Assembly (NCBI GenBank): GCA_963794325.1
Contig: CAWCDG010000005.1
Coordinates: 64,001-128,000 of the forward strand
Length of the DNA: 64,000 nucleotides
Reading direction: 5' to 3'
Source: an uncultured delta proteobacterium
GTDB taxonomy: Bacteria > Desulfobacterota > Binatia > Binatales > Binataceae
Both the position numbers and the translations under genes were made by a program. Within the stretch, counting starts at the first letter, position 1; the number at the start of each line of letters is the position of its first letter. Positions 62,647 to 64,000 of this stretch are shown in pieces. The notes beneath the pieces are model-generated. The model had not been told where the DNA came from and did no database searches. It saw nothing but the letters and a program-made list of their open reading frames with translations.

Positions 62647-62940
62647 TCATCGTACCGTCCGATCGGCCGGCGCGCCGTCGGTTAATTTGTGATCCTTCAT
62701 CACAGCCTTTAATTCCGGCGCGTCGAGCCACGCGCCATGGCCGTCCGGGCAAGCGTGCAGGTGTATGCCGTTTTCGGTCTTCGCTACGAGGAACTGCTTG
62801 CAGTGCGGACACGCGTGATTGTGCAGACGCTCGCGCATTTTCTTTAGCAACTCTTCGTCGCGCTGCCGCGCCCATTGATCTTCGCGCGCCTTTTCGACGT
62901 CGTGGAGCTTGCCGCCCAGCCGGTCCTTTTCATCCCCCAT
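62647..62940 (-). CDS. Paralog with the same N-terminal helix and one zf-TFIIB-like zinc ribbon
   Basis: EKAREDQWARQRDEE; CPHC..CPDGHGAWLD..EL. Confidence 0.78.
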   Translation of the reverse strand: MGDEKDRLGGKLHDVEKAREDQWARQRDEELLKKMRERLHNHACPHCKQFLVAKTENGIHLHACPDGHGAWLDAPELKAVMKDHKLTDGAPADRTVR

Positions 62941-62950
62941 AAAATCCGCC

Positions 62951-63289
62951 TCAGGTCATCTCCTTGATCAGCTTGCCACTGCGAGCCTTCTCGACCGTCG
63001 CTTCGAATTTCGATCCGAGATCGACGCCCATCTCCTTGGCGCGCTTCTTCGCCCACATTCCGACGTTGCGCGAGTCGCGATAGAAAGAATCATCACGCGG
63101 CTTCGACGCGTCGAAACTCGCGAGCCGCGACGCCTCGCTCTCGACCACCGCGAACGACGACATCACGCGCCGCATCCGCGCCGACTTGCACTGCGGGCAT
63201 CCAGGACGCTCGCGGCGCCGCGATGAACCCATCACGACGTGAGAGCTGACAAGCCCGCATCGCGCGCATTCGTACTCAAAAATCGGCAT
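62951..63289 (-). CDS. FmdB family zinc-ribbon regulatory protein
   Basis: MPIFEYECARCG..CPQCKS..MRRVMSSF. Confidence 0.88.
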   Translation of the reverse strand: MPIFEYECARCGLVSSHVVMGSSRRRERPGCPQCKSARMRRVMSSFAVVESEASRLASFDASKPRDDSFYRDSRNVGMWAKKRAKEMGVDLGSKFEATVEKARSGKLIKEMT

Positions 63290-63370
63290 CGGATCAAAGA
63301 ATATCCTGCCGGGGCAAAGCCCGCAATTCGGCACGGCGCGAGCCGCGCGAGCAGAGGAGGGGGGAATCGA

Positions 63371-63625
63371 ATGCGGGGGCTGCGCGCCCCCGCCCCCGCG
63401 GCAGGGGTGACCCCTGCACCCAGTATTAAGAAAGAACGGATGCGGGCTGACGCCCTGTTAGGAAGTTTGGGCGCGAGGACGCGAAGCAGGCTCGTGTCCG
63501 CAATCGCGGATAAACCTGGACGCTTCTTCTCTATAGTTCTAACAGGGGCGAAGCCCCGCATCTTGAATGGATACTGGGTGCAGGGGTCACCCCTGCCGCG
63601 GGTGCGGGGCGCGCAGCCCCGCGTC
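63371..63625. repeat. Two family B repeats in inverted orientation (63371-63473 and 63535-63625)
   Basis: gcggcaggggtgacccctgcacccagtat..gatgcggg..ccctgttag and its reverse complement. Confidence 0.88.
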
Positions 63626-63856
63626 TTACTTCCGCCAGCTTTCGCGGATGTCGAGCGCGGGCTTTGCCAAGGGGTTGCCGACCAGGAACAGGAGGCCGAC
63701 TGCGCCCACCGCGATGCCGCATCCGAGCCACCAGATTGAGCGGTATTCGATGCCGACCGCGAGCATCGCGAGCGCCCAGAGTGGGATGATTAGCGAGACG
63801 ACGAAGCGCATCAGCGCGCTAATCGCGTGTTCGGCCTGTTCAGCGGGATCAGCCAT
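63626..63856 (-). CDS. Small two-TM membrane protein
   Basis: 76 aa with two hydrophobic helices; starts 6 nt after the upstream stop. Confidence 0.6.
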   Translation of the reverse strand: MADPAEQAEHAISALMRFVVSLIIPLWALAMLAVGIEYRSIWWLGCGIAVGAVGLLFLVGNPLAKPALDIRESWRK

Positions 63857-63862
63857 CGTTTT

Positions 63863-64000
63863 CTATTTAGCGGCTTCTGGAGAAATTTCAAATAGGGACA
63901 GCGACCCGGCGCCGTCGATCAGATTGGACTTCGTAAGGAACTTGAGCCGCGCGCGATACTGAGGCGTCATACTGTCCAAGTCGCGGCGCGCCGCGACCAA
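63863..64000 (-). CDS. 3' end of a CDS entering from beyond the window
   Basis: Open frame LVAARRDLDS...FEISPEAAK ending in TAG at 63863; family not identifiable. Confidence 0.45.
   Translation of the reverse strand: MVAARRDLDSMTPQYRARLKFLTKSNLIDGAGSLSLFEISPEAAK

Overview
GC-rich bacterial chromosomal window. The gene content (LLM oxidoreductase, amidohydrolase, DUF1329, Thr/Ala-linker secreted protein, 11-subunit nuo) suggests a Candidatus Binatia/deltaproteobacterial-like soil organism, probably from a metagenome assembly; this taxonomy is inference. It is mostly housekeeping and metabolic: ilvD, an ABC-2 exporter, a CPA2 antiporter, a class III PHA cluster (phaE-phaC-phasin) opposite a Crp/Fnr regulator, a MocR regulator, an acyl-CoA dehydrogenase, a dprE1/dprE2-like pair, a tandemly duplicated korAB, ligA, accBC, aroQ, rsmI, a frameshifted purU and nuoABCDHIJKLMN without nuoEFG. 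The standout is 13708..14973, which the ORF track splits in two. It reads as one frame with a single in-frame TGA (13948-13950) in a rhodanese C-x4-[C/U] active-site loop, directly followed by a canonical-looking bacterial SECIS hairpin and fused to a TSIGYGD K+-channel pore plus a C-terminal CxxC, i.e. a candidate selenocysteine rhodanese-potassium channel fusion. Also notable are two CooA-type operator boxes in front of the PHA operon, IF1/zeta-like zinc-ribbon paralogs upstream of nuo, and at least four families of palindromic intergenic repeats, including a nested cluster with an IS481-like end. All family assignments come from motif recognition by eye, not database searches.
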